64,000 bases of DNA, taken from Escherichia phage vB_EcoM_WFC. The notes beneath the pieces were generated by a model. That model saw nothing but the letters and a program-made list of their open reading frames with translations, did no database searches and was not told the DNA's origin. Made by a program: the position numbers and the translations under genes. Shown here in pieces: positions 63,471-64,000 of the stretch. The DNA is taken from the sequence record NC_048195.1; one strand, 5' to 3'. The stretch's first letter is position 1; every line of letters begins with the position of its first letter.

Positions 63471-63592
63471 TCGTCCCTATCTCGATGCGCTTCTCCGCGA
63501 AAACTCCTTTATCCTTCCCTTCGTCGTCGCATAATCTTCGTCGAGATGCGCCTTAGTTCGCATAACAGGTATTACGTTAAATGGAGAACATC

Positions 63593-63668
63593 GCGTAAGT
63601 CGTTGTTTTATATAGACACCTATATCGGACCGTTAGCGAGGGTCGCGTAAGTCGTTGTTTTATAAAGG
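63593..63668. repeat. direct repeat ATCGCGTAAGTCGTTGTTTTATA (2 copies)
   Basis: Two copies about 53 nt apart in a ~550-nt stretch with no convincing ORF; further short direct repeats (AATCATTAGCYTTCGAAT) near 63789-63854. Confidence 0.4.
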
Positions 63669-64000
63669 CGCAAAACTTTCCCTTCGTTCCGAACTAAAAC
63701 GAGGAATATGCCGACCCTTCGCCCGAAAATAGTACGCATGCGATATTACCGACATCTAGAATAATCCCTCCCGATATTATTACGCGCTCAATCATTAGCT
63801 TTCGAATCATTATGCTGCATACTATTATGCGCCAAATCATTAGCCTTCGAATTGTAACGCTGGAAACTGTAACGTCGATTGATTATTGCGTTCGTGTGGT
63901 TTTTAGGACATGGGTCTTTTGGTGCGTTTTGCTACTTGATGGAATTTGCAGTACACTAATCAAAATACGACACATTTGGTCCACTAACTTTTCAAAGAAA

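Noticed and set aside
1-64000. Integrated prophage with integrase and attachment sites
   Set aside because: No tyrosine or serine recombinase motif was seen in any ORF and no flanking host-like genes are present; the content is consistent with a virion genome. A direct-repeat search for att sites could not be run.
1-64000. tRNA or other structured RNA genes in the intergenic regions
   Set aside because: No cloverleaf-like sequence with a GTTCGAATC-type T-loop was seen in the larger intergenic gaps. A tRNA-scanning program would be needed to be sure.

Overview
The window reads as most or all of a tailed dsDNA phage genome (~64 kb) with a contractile-tail, myovirus-like structural module; I see no integrase, attachment sites, tRNA, rRNA or CRISPR array. 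All family assignments are from motifs read by eye and remembered family signatures, since no searches could be run. Layout: (1) 872-29422 on the + strand is a late/structural module (large terminase, portal, MuF-like head protein, scaffold-like protein, putative major capsid, sheath, two tail-tube paralogs, SLT-domain tape measure, baseplate, two tail fibres, GH19 endolysin). (2) 29448-47029 on the - strand is a replication and nucleotide-metabolism module (ATP-dependent DNA ligase, MazG-like, embedded spanin pair, SSB-like, SNF2 helicase, VRR-NUC, DnaE-type polymerase, DnaQ exonuclease, SDR, HAD phosphatase fusion, ThyX-like, FAD oxidoreductase, Dda-like helicase). (3) 47190-59725 on the + strand is an early/middle module (primase-like, VirE-like P-loop protein, about 30 small ORFs including paralog families). 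(4) 59726-64000 is a regulatory and compositionally distinct region (TerS-like gene inside an array of TTTGCACTAT motifs, a CpG-rich block with three near-identical sigma70-like promoters, and a repeat-rich non-coding end). The most interesting candidates are the enzyme cluster around the divergent ThyX-like protein (possible nucleotide or DNA modification), an inorganic-pyrophosphatase-like signature fused to the portal C-terminus, the two homologous CCGTATCAT iteron regions 52 kb apart, and the TTTGCACTAT array around the TerS-like gene.
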